A DNA stretch of 64,000 bases from Promethearchaeota archaeon (GTDB lineage Archaea; Asgardarchaeota; Lokiarchaeia; Sigyniarchaeales; SOKP01): contig JAHPZI010000021.1 of NCBI GenBank assembly GCA_019058295.1, positions 32,001 through 96,000 on the forward strand, written 5' to 3'. The notes below the pieces were generated by a model. That model had not been told where the DNA came from. It saw only the letters and a program-made list of their open reading frames with translations, and made no database searches. The translations under genes were made by a program, and so were the position numbers. Positions 30,320 to 40,949 of this stretch are shown here, piece by piece; position 1 is the stretch's first letter; each line of letters begins with the position of its first letter.

Positions 30320-31243
30320 TTAAAAAATAGTACTTTTCTTTACCATATGATGCGGTTTATAAGACTCTTTAGCTCTTCTTAAGCCTAAGATTCCCAAGTC
30401 TTGCTCTCGATTAATGAAAATAGCAGTTTCAAAGCAATTTTTTAAGAATAGATTATTTATTGCTTGATATGAACCTTCATAATCAATATGAGCTTTTTCT
30501 ATATGAATAACCGCTGTTTCATTATTTAGCATTTCTCCCAATGTGTATGCTACACACTTTTCATCCACGCAAATAATACACCCTTTAAGATTTAATTTAA
30601 AATAATTATCCAATGCTTCATCAATAGCTTTCTGCTCTTCTAATAAATCCTCATTTCTTTGACACTCGTTCATATCACACCATTCAATTTGTAATTCTCG
30701 AACTTTATCTATATGTTCTTCAGTTATAATGCTAAATTCGTAATTATATTGCTCAATAAATTTATTTAACCACCTTCGTTTTTGGCGATATTTATTTCCC
30801 GCTAGAGAAATCAGATCTTGTTTATTATACACATAATCCCAATTATTTCTATCTTCTAAGATGGTAAATCTCTCATTTCCAAAAGGAAATTCCTCTTTTA
30901 TATACTCCACGATTGATTCAGGTACTTTATGAAATTCAATATTTTCGAATTCTCTGAAGAGTTGTAGAATCATTTCTCCCGGATATGGACCAATCGGTGG
31001 AATAAAATAAATTGGGTTTTTTTTAACCGAATTGGGCGTTTTCCATTTAGTTAAGTAGGTTTTTGAGAAGATTAATAAATGTTTTTCTATCTCTGTAAAG
31101 AGGAAATCGTAATATTTCCTCCAAATAAACAAGTTCGTAAATGTAAGTTCTGAAATTTCAGGGGAAAACTTTTCAAAATATTTATCAAACAAAGGTTTGT
31201 CAGAAAGTTCTATTTCTTTTGCGCCTTCTAAGTTTATTCTCAT
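30320..31243 (-). CDS. DUF2156-family protein (phosphatidylglycerol lysyltransferase C-terminal-like, GNAT fold)
   Basis: Motifs FTNLFIW, DYVY...L.GNKY, HIEKA and INREQDLG..GLRRAKESY.P. Confidence 0.9.
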   Translation of the reverse strand: MRINLEGAKEIELSDKPLFDKYFEKFSPEISELTFTNLFIWRKYYDFLFTEIEKHLLIFSKTYLTKWKTPNSVKKNPIYFIPPIGPYPGEMILQLFREFENIEFHKVPESIVEYIKEEFPFGNERFTILEDRNNWDYVYNKQDLISLAGNKYRQKRRWLNKFIEQYNYEFSIITEEHIDKVRELQIEWCDMNECQRNEDLLEEQKAIDEALDNYFKLNLKGCIICVDEKCVAYTLGEMLNNETAVIHIEKAHIDYEGSYQAINNLFLKNCFETAIFINREQDLGILGLRRAKESYKPHHMVKKSTIF

Positions 31244-31244
31244 A

Positions 31245-32396
31245 TTAATCTTCTACCTCAACGATTATATTCAAATGTTGAATCTTAGAATTAATCAATG
31301 CTATGACTATTTTTGATAAATTTCTCAAGTTTTTAGCATGTTGGATTTTTTCATCGATTTGTTCGTGTAAAAATTCATGAATCATGTCCCTCGTTGCCTC
31401 TGGCCCATTAGTTTTCATATATTCTTGCCAATGAATTGAAGTTCTACATACATTTTTAATATCCTCATCAGAATATTCTTCCTTATCGTACAAAATATCG
31501 TTATATTTCTCTATCGCTTTACTTACTCGTTCTAAGTGATCCGCTATTGCCAGAGCTGTTCGACATAGAGTAATTAAGTTAGATATGATCCGGGTATTCC
31601 TAGTATTAGCCGCTTCTTTAAAAGCATTCCAAGCGTCTAACCATTCTTCTTTATGTGGCCCATCAATTCCGTTATTAACCATAGCCACATTAATAACATC
31701 ACTAATATCTACATTATGTCCTCTTTTAAGTTTCTTATTAAAGATTTGTCTAAGACTTGTTCCTTCAAGATATGCTCCCGCACCGAAATCCAGTAATTGA
31801 TTAGTGTCGTTAGCGGCAATTAATGTATTTTTTTCGTTTTTATCTGATAATGGATTTTCCCAATGAATATCTTTTTCCCATTCTTTCGTTGTTGAATTTC
31901 TTACGAAATTGCACTCTTTGAGCCCATGTTCTAGTAGCGAAACTTGAAATGTCCAAAAATCAATATCATCAGTAAATCTTTTTCTCCGCCAGTCTCTCGT
32001 AGTATATTTACCCAAATATAGTTTTAAGGTTCCTCTAACTAGCGCGAATTTACCATGTTTTAATGCTTTTTTTGCTTCGTCACACCTTCTATTTTCAGGG
32101 TCGTTTGAGCATGCAACAATCAGATTTAAGACTCTTCGAGCCTCCCCAGCAACAATATCACAAGGAATACTACCGTCAGAAGGATATGATCTTGACCCCC
32201 CATCTAAGTATTTCTTAAATAATTCAAGATCAGCATTAGGTATTACATAATAGGGATTGTTAAACATTTGTTTGCTAAAAATATAGTGAGTAAAACCATT
32301 TTTATCTGTGTAAGTTTTATCTAATAATGGAGACACATCTCTAAGGTTATCACCAGGTTTTATCGCATCTGCTTTATTATCCCAAATGTCTGCCAT
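31245..32396 (-). CDS. Putative nucleotidyltransferase (AbiEii/DUF1814-like motifs)
   Basis: RFTDDIDF matches the R-x-T-x-D-x-D motif, preceded by ALVRGT. C-terminal KKLKRGHNVDISD. Confidence 0.55.
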   Translation of the reverse strand: MADIWDNKADAIKPGDNLRDVSPLLDKTYTDKNGFTHYIFSKQMFNNPYYVIPNADLELFKKYLDGGSRSYPSDGSIPCDIVAGEARRVLNLIVACSNDPENRRCDEAKKALKHGKFALVRGTLKLYLGKYTTRDWRRKRFTDDIDFWTFQVSLLEHGLKECNFVRNSTTKEWEKDIHWENPLSDKNEKNTLIAANDTNQLLDFGAGAYLEGTSLRQIFNKKLKRGHNVDISDVINVAMVNNGIDGPHKEEWLDAWNAFKEAANTRNTRIISNLITLCRTALAIADHLERVSKAIEKYNDILYDKEEYSDEDIKNVCRTSIHWQEYMKTNGPEATRDMIHEFLHEQIDEKIQHAKNLRNLSKIVIALINSKIQHLNIIVEVED

Positions 32397-32475
32397 GATG
32401 TTTTTTTTGTTTTTAATCTATTATTGGTTAATATTGATATTTAAGACTTGGTTTTATAGATAATAAAATTTGATG

Positions 32476-34524
32476 TTATGAAATTGATTCTAAGTACTCA
32501 ATCATTTTCATTGAATCTGTGGTTGGAGGTTTACAGGTTTTGTTAATACAAACATATGCGGTAGCTTTTTCTTGGACTTTATCAAACCATTCAATAAAGT
32601 TTGAAAATTTATCAATCTTTGGAGGATAATTCTCTGTTGGGCGAAATATTAAGACTTTATTCGGAATATAATCATTATTTACGGTTTCTAACATTGAGTT
32701 GGTATCATCTGAATTTGTATCTCCAGCAATAACTAAGGAAAATGTTGGACCAACACCAAAATCTACCGCAATTAAAAACTGAGTATAGGCAATTGGAGTA
32801 CTCTCGATCTTTTCTGCGAATACCCTTCCCAACAAATCAGCCTTTTTTTCAAGATCTGTATCACCTGTAATATAACTTAATCTAAGGAGATTTGACATAG
32901 CTACAGAGTTCCCTGAGGGGATAGCACCATCGTAAATCTCTTTTTGTCTAGAAATTAATTGTTCTCCATCATCTGGATAGAAATAAAACCCAGCAATATC
33001 ATTATCCCAAAAATGCTCAATTAATTCGTTATTTAAATCAAGAGCGATTTTAAGATATTCAGTATCAAACGTAGCTTCATATAATTCTATTAATCCCCAT
33101 ATAAAGAACGCATAATCATCTAAATATGCTAAAATTTCAGCTTCAGAATCTCTATATCGATGTAGTAATCGATCATCTGCATTTTTCATAGCTTTTATTA
33201 TGAAATTCGCAGCCTTTTGAGCTGCTTCTATATATATCTTTTCGTTTAAGATTTGCCCTCCCTTAGCTAAGGCAGCAATCATGAGGCCATTCCAATCCGT
33301 TAGGATTTTGTCATCTTTAGAGGGATGGATTCTCTTTTCTCTTCCATTGAAAAGTTTTTCTCTTATTTTTTCTAATCTGGGACTGTTAATAACATCAAGA
33401 GTTTGAAGATGTAAAATATTATTACCAGTTCTTCTTTGTGTGGATTCTTCTAAAAAATTTCCCTCTTTCCTCGTATTATATTTTTGGAAGATGTATTCTG
33501 CATCATCTTCTTCAAGAATTTTTTGAATTTCTTCTTCACTCCAGACATAAAATTTACCTTCTTCACCTTCACTATCGGCATCTTCTGCTGAATAAAAACC
33601 ACCTTCTGGTGAAGTCATATCTCGTAGAACATAAGAAAAAATTTCTCTCACGGTGTTCGCGTAAATCTCTTTTTTGGTTGCTTGATAGGCCTCTAGATAT
33701 GCGATTGAAACGAGAGCTTGGTCATAAAGCATCTTCTCGAAATGAGGTACTAACCATTTTTGATCAGTAGAATAGCGATGAATTCCAAATCCTATATGGT
33801 CGTAGATACCTCCTTTTCGCATATATTGAAGGGTTTTCTCAACCATCTTTAAAGCATAATCATCTTTAGTTCGTTTCCAATATCTTAGTAAGAAGATAAG
33901 ATTATGCGGAGTGGGAAATTTTGGAGTACTGAATCCTCCAAAATTTTGATCAAATCGGGCTCTAAGTTGTTCATATGCTTTACGGAGCGTTTTTTTATTT
34001 AATTTTTCTCCCGGAGCTTCATTAGTCATATTATTTAAAGTAAATGTTATCTGATTAGCGGACTCTAAAACCTTTTCTTTTTCAGAGTTCCATAACTGCT
34101 TTATTCGAGATATTAAATCCATTATACCTATACGCCCAAATCGGCTTGTTTTTGGAAAATATGTACCCGCAAAGAAAGGTTTTTTATCGGGCGTCATAAT
34201 AATAGTGAGAGGCCATCCGCCCTGTCCTGTCATCATTTGGCAAACAGTCATATAAATCTTATCAATATCGGGGCGCTCCTCACGATCAACCTTTATAGAA
34301 ATAAATACCTCATTCATTAATTTTGCAATTTCGGTATCTTCAAAAGATTCATGAGCCATTACATGACACCAATGACAGGTTGAATATCCAATCGAAAGAA
34401 AAATTGGTTTATTTTCTTTTTTCGCTTTTTCAAAAGCTTTTTCTCCCCATGGATACCATTCAACGGGGTTGTTGGCATGTTGGAGTAAATATGGGCTTTT
34501 TTCATTAATTAAATTATTAGAAAT
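32476..34524 (-). CDS. YyaL/SPATA20-like thioredoxin-domain (DUF255) protein; true start probably ATT at 34524
   Basis: Frame is open upstream of the ATG at 34359 and encodes [25 protein letters not shown]...[11 protein letters not shown]. Other motifs: [11 protein letters not shown] and [17 protein letters not shown]. Confidence 0.92.
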   Translation of the reverse strand: MSNNLINEKSPYLLQHANNPVEWYPWGEKAFEKAKKENKPIFLSIGYSTCHWCHVMAHESFEDTEIAKLMNEVFISIKVDREERPDIDKIYMTVCQMMTGQGGWPLTIIMTPDKKPFFAGTYFPKTSRFGRIGIMDLISRIKQLWNSEKEKVLESANQITFTLNNMTNEAPGEKLNKKTLRKAYEQLRARFDQNFGGFSTPKFPTPHNLIFLLRYWKRTKDDYALKMVEKTLQYMRKGGIYDHIGFGIHRYSTDQKWLVPHFEKMLYDQALVSIAYLEAYQATKKEIYANTVREIFSYVLRDMTSPEGGFYSAEDADSEGEEGKFYVWSEEEIQKILEEDDAEYIFQKYNTRKEGNFLEESTQRRTGNNILHLQTLDVINSPRLEKIREKLFNGREKRIHPSKDDKILTDWNGLMIAALAKGGQILNEKIYIEAAQKAANFIIKAMKNADDRLLHRYRDSEAEILAYLDDYAFFIWGLIELYEATFDTEYLKIALDLNNELIEHFWDNDIAGFYFYPDDGEQLISRQKEIYDGAIPSGNSVAMSNLLRLSYITGDTDLEKKADLLGRVFAEKIESTPIAYTQFLIAVDFGVGPTFSLVIAGDTNSDDTNSMLETVNNDYIPNKVLIFRPTENYPPKIDKFSNFIEWFDKVQEKATAYVCINKTCKPPTTDSMKMIEYLESIS

Positions 34525-34556
34525 TGTTTTATATCCCCTCTTCCCAGTTTTTACTA

Positions 34557-35123
34557 TTATTTTGGAATATACTTATTCATAAAAATGAATTCTTCTAACT
34601 TTTTTCTTGGTGGTCTGCTTTTTTCCCCTAACTTCATTGGTTCAGAAAGAACAGGATTTACTTCTTTTGAATGCTTTCCTATATTTATTAAGGTAATTAA
34701 TCTCATTTCTTCCGGGATATCTAAAATTTTTTTAGCCTCTTCTTCTTTAAAGCCTGCTATTGGATGCGCAACAAGATCCAATTCAGTAGCCCTCAAAATT
34801 ATAAAAGCTGTTGCCATCCCTGTATCAAATAAATAATATAGTCTTTCACCAATGATGCAATCATTTTCTGGTTTACTAAATACCGCTATTACTAATGATG
34901 CTTTTTCAACCCATTTATTTCCTGAAGAAAGAGTCTTAAAAATTTTTTCTAATTGTTCTCTATCATGTATAAAAACGAAGTTCCAAGGTTGTTTGTTCAT
35001 ACAAGAGGGTGCGATTTGCGCAATTTCTGCGAAATCTTTAATTAACTCTTCAGTAATTTCAACTGGTTCAAGAGATCTATAAGCTCTTCTTTCATTAATA
35101 GCTTTTTTTACATCCATTTTCAT
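34557..35123 (-). CDS. Nitroreductase family protein
   Basis: Motifs [15 protein letters not shown] and DTGMA. Confidence 0.92.
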   Translation of the reverse strand: MKMDVKKAINERRAYRSLEPVEITEELIKDFAEIAQIAPSCMNKQPWNFVFIHDREQLEKIFKTLSSGNKWVEKASLVIAVFSKPENDCIIGERLYYLFDTGMATAFIILRATELDLVAHPIAGFKEEEAKKILDIPEEMRLITLINIGKHSKEVNPVLSEPMKLGEKSRPPRKKLEEFIFMNKYIPK

Positions 35124-35310
35124 ACCTCCATTACTTAATTTAATTTAATTTATAAAAAAAGAATTAAAAATTAATTGATTCCATTCTAAATAGCATTTAA
35201 ATTTAAAATTTTAAAAGATTATTTCTATGAAATATTTAGAAAACAGTATTTTCAAGAAATATTAACCAATAGTTTTGAGAAATAGTTTTTAAATTATAGA
35301 TATTAAAAAA

Positions 35311-35496
35311 TTACATTGGAAATCCTAGGAATATGTAAGGAGAGTATCTCGAAAAATGATCCCAGAATTTTGTTTTCTTTTTCTTTTCTTCATCTTGAGG
35401 TTTTTCTTCGTTTTCCTCTGCTTCTATTGGCTTGGCATCATCTATTTTTAATTCACTTTTGCTTTCTATTGTATCTGACATATTATCTACCTCCAT
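35311..35496 (-). CDS. Small hypothetical protein (charged N-terminus, aromatic C-terminal tail); likely start at second Met (35481)
   Basis: GGAGG precedes the second ATG. Protein-like composition in an otherwise empty intergenic region. Confidence 0.55.
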   Translation of the reverse strand: MEVDNMSDTIESKSELKIDDAKPIEAEENEEKPQDEEKKKKTKFWDHFSRYSPYIFLGFPM

Positions 35497-35705
35497 TTTT
35501 TTATTTATATTCTAATTCAATTATATGAATTTCTATTAAATATAGAAAAAATGAATTATTTCAATCTTAGCACTTTAAAAATTAAATATTATTAAATTTT
35601 GAATTACTAAAATAAAGGAATTGAATGGAATTCAATTATAATATATAAAAAAGAAAGAAAATGATAATTTTTCTCTTTTTGAATTAATTATACTGAAAAA
35701 AGTTA

Positions 35706-36830
35706 TTATATTCCTTTAGTTTTTGAAGATTCATCTTTTTGTTCTAAAAATAATTTTCCTATAGCGATATCTTCAACATGTAATCTTTCTCTCAATAGAT
35801 TTTGAATTTGTAATTCCTCAATTTTTCTACCCTCTTTCATGAAATCAATTCCGCATAATATACTTGCCAAATGAATCACTGAATTTATTGTTGGAGTTGG
35901 CACCCCAAGGAATTTCCCTAGTGAGGAAATTGGGACAAGCCCGGTGGGTACATCTTCAGTAAAGTATCTGGTTATTAATTGAGTTGGAGCATAAATATCT
36001 TGGTATGCTTCCACCTTTTGGATTGCCTCATAGATTGTTTCCGCCTTTATACCATATGACTTTTCAGCCCATTTGTGATATCTCAGCTGTTTTAAACCTA
36101 ATTTTCCAAAAATTTCATTAATTTCCATCTCAATCATTTCAAGAACTAAACATACTCGTGGAGTTGTTCCTTCTTTATAAAATTTAAATTTTTTGCCAAA
36201 ATCCATTAACCCTGCGTTAAAAAGTGAGATAGTGGGATGCAATAACATCCCAATATTATTAAGGGTTATTTCAAAATAATCGTCAACGGGTTCTAATTGA
36301 GGAAAAACATCTTTTATTATTTCATAAACTAGATCATTATATTTATCTGGAAAGCAAGAAAAGCCAACAGAATCCTTTATTTTAATAATATTTACTTTAT
36401 TTTCAGATAATTGTCTTGAAGTAAAGAGTAAAGTTTGAGTTTCACCGACAAAGATCGGTATGTTTCCTCTATATTTTTCAATAATTTTAATAAATTCAAT
36501 GGAACCAAAGGTTCTTCCTGGATTTAAAATAATCATTTGTCCTTGAGATAAATAAGGAGCAATCATTTTCGCAATCTGTTTATGAGCTGAGGCTGGTGTA
36601 ACTACCATTATTAAATTAGCGTCATTAACGGCCAATTTGATGTCTTGAGTTATACAGTCTAATGGAAAGAATCCATTAAGTTCTCCAGACGCTTCTATAC
36701 CACCATTTTCAATGATATCACAAATTCTTGTAAAAGAACGATTATAAAGAGAAACGGAATATCCTTTTGAAGCTGTATAAGCGGCAAATGCTCGACCACC
36801 TGATCCAGCACCTATAACACAGACCCTCAC
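35706..36830 (-). CDS. NAD/NADP octopine/nopaline (opine) dehydrogenase family protein
   Basis: Motifs GAGSGG, LNPGRTFG, LNNIGMLLHP, FYKEG and RYFTEDVPTGL. Confidence 0.9.
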   Translation of the reverse strand: MRVCVIGAGSGGRAFAAYTASKGYSVSLYNRSFTRICDIIENGGIEASGELNGFFPLDCITQDIKLAVNDANLIMVVTPASAHKQIAKMIAPYLSQGQMIILNPGRTFGSIEFIKIIEKYRGNIPIFVGETQTLLFTSRQLSENKVNIIKIKDSVGFSCFPDKYNDLVYEIIKDVFPQLEPVDDYFEITLNNIGMLLHPTISLFNAGLMDFGKKFKFYKEGTTPRVCLVLEMIEMEINEIFGKLGLKQLRYHKWAEKSYGIKAETIYEAIQKVEAYQDIYAPTQLITRYFTEDVPTGLVPISSLGKFLGVPTPTINSVIHLASILCGIDFMKEGRKIEELQIQNLLRERLHVEDIAIGKLFLEQKDESSKTKGI

Positions 36831-38575
36831 TGAATCATCACCCCATTCGGGGAGAATTCTCCTTGAAGTTCTTTTTTTGATAAAAATTTATCAGAATTAC
36901 AAGCAATAATAATTTTAATTCTTTCAATCTCATCCATAACTTTCTGAGTTGATTCATCCCAAGAATAGCAAGCGCCATCCACAATTTTTGTTTTAATCTG
37001 TCCTAATGCAAACTTATTATTCTTTAAATGTGGCGCATCAAAAATTCCATATTTAACAAGACGAGTTAAAATTTTATAATTCGTCCATGGCCTCATTAAT
37101 TCTGCTGAGGTTTTTGCTAATCTAGGAATTAAATTAACTATCCATTTCGCTTGTCTTATTAATTCTTCTTTTCTCTCTTCAATTCTCTTATCGTCAATTT
37201 TCAAATTACTAGAGTATACTTGATTAATTACTTGATCTACAATATTACAACTTTCAATTATATCTTCAGGGCGAGCAGCATGACTTGCTTCAGAATAAGA
37301 CACAACATGTACAATGTCTGGCTTTATTGATAATTGTATTAAAGTGGAAGCTGCTAATTGTCCCTTAGCTTTTTCTAAGTTTAAAGGAAAACTTGCTAAT
37401 CCTGTTCTTACTTGTGTTATTACTTTGAAAGAATCATCAACTAAAGTTTGAAGTAGTTCATTTTTAGCATATATTTTTGCTAAGTCCATTTTAAAGGAAC
37501 TTGCTGGGGGAGTATTAAACATGAATTGGGCAATAAAGTGTTTCACACCTAATTTCTTTGCTATTATTCCACATAGATACATATCCGCGACAGCTACGGC
37601 ATCAGGAGCATCTCTTAAACTCCAGTGGTGAGGATCATTGATTTCTACAGGTATATTATTTTCTGCGTGCCATTTTATTGCCGCTAAATGTTGTTTTATT
37701 GAGATTTTTAACGTTAATGGGCCTCTACTGTCCATCTGATTAAACCAAAAGATTGGAATTGCTGCCCATGCATTTTTTATTGTCTTCTGATACAGTTTTC
37801 CTAATTTTATAAAATCCCTCGTACCAGCATAAATCCTCAACAAAGGAAAATTTCCTCTTAATCGTGCTTTATGCAATTTAATAAAATCTTCTTTAGATCT
37901 TAAAGGAACACCTCCCGCTCCAGATAGGTTCTTAATTAGCTCTTTTGGATGAAAATAGTTCGATTGAGTATTTTGATCAGGTGCAATTGAAATTATATCT
38001 AAAATTTCGGACTCAGCTAACTGCCTTATTCCTTTAATTGTTTCTTCTAAATTTGGCAAACCGAAGTGAGCTCTGATAATTGGATAAGGTTTTTTCCAAT
38101 TTATCCTAGAAATTATATCCATTGGAATTTGAGCTTTCTTATGTTTTGAAATCTTATCTCTTCTCAACAGTGAAATTATTTTGTATTTTGATTCACCACC
38201 TATAAAAAATTCGTCAATTGAATCAAATTTTCTCGCAAATTTTACGACATCAGGGGTACCTGCGAAAAATAAATGTTTCGGCTTATATGATAATTCATTA
38301 TATTTTTTGAAAAATTCTTTAAGAAGGGGAATGACGGTTGTAGGAGTTAATCGATAACTTAATCCTACAATATCAGGCTTTTCCCTAATTATATTATTAA
38401 TTATATGAGGGATTGGTGTTGCAGGACCTAAAAATATACAATCATAACCTAATTGATGAGCAATATTAATGAAATTATATGTGCCAGCAACATGAACACA
38501 TTGACCGAGACAGGCAGTCAAAATTCTTTTCTTCTTATTTTTCCTTTCTCTATTAATATCATTTAATTTTTTCAT
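36827..38575 (-). CDS. Cobalamin (B12)-binding domain protein with uncharacterised mutase-like C-terminal domain
   Basis: N-terminal CVHVAG (variant of DxHxxG), LG and VGLSY. Conserved-looking HHWSLRDA, RTGL and HVV motifs. 4-nt overlap with the opine dehydrogenase gene. Confidence 0.8.
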   Translation of the reverse strand: MKKLNDINRERKNKKKRILTACLGQCVHVAGTYNFINIAHQLGYDCIFLGPATPIPHIINNIIREKPDIVGLSYRLTPTTVIPLLKEFFKKYNELSYKPKHLFFAGTPDVVKFARKFDSIDEFFIGGESKYKIISLLRRDKISKHKKAQIPMDIISRINWKKPYPIIRAHFGLPNLEETIKGIRQLAESEILDIISIAPDQNTQSNYFHPKELIKNLSGAGGVPLRSKEDFIKLHKARLRGNFPLLRIYAGTRDFIKLGKLYQKTIKNAWAAIPIFWFNQMDSRGPLTLKISIKQHLAAIKWHAENNIPVEINDPHHWSLRDAPDAVAVADMYLCGIIAKKLGVKHFIAQFMFNTPPASSFKMDLAKIYAKNELLQTLVDDSFKVITQVRTGLASFPLNLEKAKGQLAASTLIQLSIKPDIVHVVSYSEASHAARPEDIIESCNIVDQVINQVYSSNLKIDDKRIEERKEELIRQAKWIVNLIPRLAKTSAELMRPWTNYKILTRLVKYGIFDAPHLKNNKFALGQIKTKIVDGACYSWDESTQKVMDEIERIKIIIACNSDKFLSKKELQGEFSPNGVMIQ

Positions 38576-38639
38576 AATATCATCTCCTATTATTATTTAG
38601 GAGTAAAATTTAGGCGAGTTTCGCAATTTATTCACAAAA

Positions 38640-38666
38640 TCGGATTGAAAATTCTTCACAATCCGA
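38640..38666. promoter_or_regulatory. Inverted repeat TCGGATTG-N11-CAATCCGA (candidate operator or hairpin)
   Basis: Perfect 8-bp arms at 38640-38647 and 38659-38666, next to a TATA-like element upstream of the B12 gene. Confidence 0.45.
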
Positions 38667-38923
38667 CTCTTTTATATTAAAAATAGCTAAATTAATGTGG
38701 ATCTTTGTTAGAATAATAATCAACTCTATATATCTAATATATGGATTCTATATTTAAATATAACGGTCATTTAAATAAGTATGAAACTAATATTTATTTA
38801 AATAAATAATCCTTTTACTAATGCAAGATCTCATCATAAATATAAACATTACATTTATATTTTTTTATATCTATTATATAAATAAGAAAATTTATTATTT
38901 TTCATATAAAAATATTTTAATTA

Positions 38924-39160
38924 GTGATATTTATTCCTGAAAACAAATCTGTTCAAAGGAAAAATACTTCACAAATAATAGAAAGCATTTATAGTGCTCT
39001 GGGAGATGGAAGATATCACACTATTAGTGAAATTTCCCGTCTTGCTGGGTCGAACTGGACAACAATAAAAAATCAAATTGATATTATTGTAAAAATTCAA
39101 GAATTACCAAACCTAAAAATAATAAATGCTTCAAAACAAGTCTTAGTGAAAAAACAATGA
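38924..39160 (+). CDS. Small winged-helix DNA-binding protein
   Basis: IYSALGDGRYHTISEISRLAGSNWTTIKNQI is HTH-like. Confidence 0.65.
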   Translation: MIFIPENKSVQRKNTSQIIESIYSALGDGRYHTISEISRLAGSNWTTIKNQIDIIVKIQELPNLKIINASKQVLVKKQ

Positions 39161-39227
39161 ATTTATATATTTTTTATCATGTTTATTTTAATAAAATGGT
39201 TAAATAAATCATTATACTATTAATAAT

Positions 39228-40130
39228 ATGAAAAAACAAAAGGCTTTTAACATAACTTATTTAATTGGATTAGCTGGTTCATTTTTTTTTATGATTTGGA
39301 TCTTTTTATTTGAATTATATGTGTTAAATTATTCATTTTTAGTATTTTTCTGGGTTGTGAAATATTTATCTGGCTTTGGACTAATTTTAAGCATTGCTAA
39401 TGGATTTTTGTTATTATTTGATAAATTTAAGAATGATCTTAGTAAAAGAGGAACAAATATTCTTATCGTTCTCCAATTTGTAATACCTATATTATTTGTA
39501 ATATACGCGATTTACCGTATTTTTTCAAGTTTTTATGGTGGTTCAGGGATCAGAATGGTTGGTGTCTGGGCAGATTTTTATGTTTGGATAGATGATATTA
39601 TATATATCTATGGTATCAGTTCTCTGCTTATTACTCTTTATATTATTCCAATTATTCGAGATGAATTTGATGACGCCGTAAATCAGACTAGATTATCCCG
39701 ATTTAAAGTTGGCGCAAAATCCATTGGAAGAGGAATTAAGAAGAAATATTTTAGTATAAGAAAGAAACATGCAAAAGTTCAGCTCCAAGATCAAATTACA
39801 GGAAAAGAAGTGCTTGTTTCATGGAGGAATAAATTTGCTGTGTATTTAATGATTCCCATAGCAATAGGCTCTTTATTACTAATGCCCTTAGCATTCATCT
39901 TAATTGTACTATGGTTGAAAATATTATTTTTTGAAAATATAGATATAAAACTACATGAAAAAATTGCCTTACTAATCTCAATAATCATTCTAGGGGTTGT
40001 GGCTATCTTAGCTCCTTATTTAGAACTAGTATTTTATGCACAGATTAGTGATTTATTTTGGACAATCAATATATTTTATCTTATAGGAATCGGTGTTGCA
40101 TCTTTCATATATTTTAGAAAAATAATCTAA
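39228..40130 (+). CDS. Hypothetical integral membrane protein
   Basis: About 7 hydrophobic helices with a basic cytoplasmic loop. Confidence 0.8.
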   Translation: MKKQKAFNITYLIGLAGSFFFMIWIFLFELYVLNYSFLVFFWVVKYLSGFGLILSIANGFLLLFDKFKNDLSKRGTNILIVLQFVIPILFVIYAIYRIFSSFYGGSGIRMVGVWADFYVWIDDIIYIYGISSLLITLYIIPIIRDEFDDAVNQTRLSRFKVGAKSIGRGIKKKYFSIRKKHAKVQLQDQITGKEVLVSWRNKFAVYLMIPIAIGSLLLMPLAFILIVLWLKILFFENIDIKLHEKIALLISIIILGVVAILAPYLELVFYAQISDLFWTINIFYLIGIGVASFIYFRKII

Positions 40131-40199
40131 AGCAAGTTTAAATATTAGAATTTTAAAAAAAAGAGAAAAATATCAGAAAATATTTAATTTTCTTCTCAA

Positions 40200-40868
40200 T
40201 TAATATGCAACTTTTTTAAAACTCGTTGATTTGAAATGAGGGATTATATTTTCAAAGATTTTTCTATTACTTTCGGGATAATGTCTTGAATAATTAATAA
40301 GCTTATCTTTAGAAATATACTTTAAATATTCGGATATATCTTTAATAATTTCGACATTACTCCTTTTACTGAGTTTCCATAAATAAATAAAATCTAAAAT
40401 TGTTTTTTCAAGATCAGAATAATAAACCTTCTTTTTTATTATTCCAAAATTTAAAAGTGATGATTGCAATATTAAAAACTTAAGCTTAAAACGGTCAATC
40501 TTTGACGGTTTACGTTTAAAAATTTGATTATTTATTATAAACAATTCCATATCATGGTCATTTTGGATTCCATTTAACGTTAAAGCTGTATATAAACCAA
40601 AATACCATTTTTGTATATTTTTTAATTTAAGACCTTCTGAGATAAGGTCAAAAGGTGCAAGATTTATTCTATTTGAGATGAACTCTTCCCTACTTTTAAT
40701 ATAATATATTCCCTTAACAATCTTGAGTAAATAACCTCTCGAAATGAGATATTTAATTATATTATTATACTTATAATATAAGGCTTTACCATACTCTTCG
40801 AGCTCTTCAGATGTAATAAACTTTTTTTTCTTTAACCTTAATTTCTTTAATAATCGATTAGTAGACAT
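40200..40868 (-). CDS. AbiEi-like (type IV TA antitoxin / transcriptional regulator-like) protein
   Basis: wHTH with L..RGYL.KI.KGIYY, then YFGLYTAL and SDLEKTILD. Confidence 0.7.
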   Translation of the reverse strand: MSTNRLLKKLRLKKKKFITSEELEEYGKALYYKYNNIIKYLISRGYLLKIVKGIYYIKSREEFISNRINLAPFDLISEGLKLKNIQKWYFGLYTALTLNGIQNDHDMELFIINNQIFKRKPSKIDRFKLKFLILQSSLLNFGIIKKKVYYSDLEKTILDFIYLWKLSKRSNVEIIKDISEYLKYISKDKLINYSRHYPESNRKIFENIIPHFKSTSFKKVAY

Positions 40869-40949
40869 CTAATTTAACCAAATTTTTTTTTAATTTTTAT
40901 TTCCTGTAATAAATATTAATATAGTTAAAGAACTAAATGAAGAAAAAAA

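Noticed and set aside
38576-38760. Cobalamin riboswitch upstream of the B12-binding gene
   Set aside because: No recognisable B12-box or core consensus. Reported only as unexplained hairpins.
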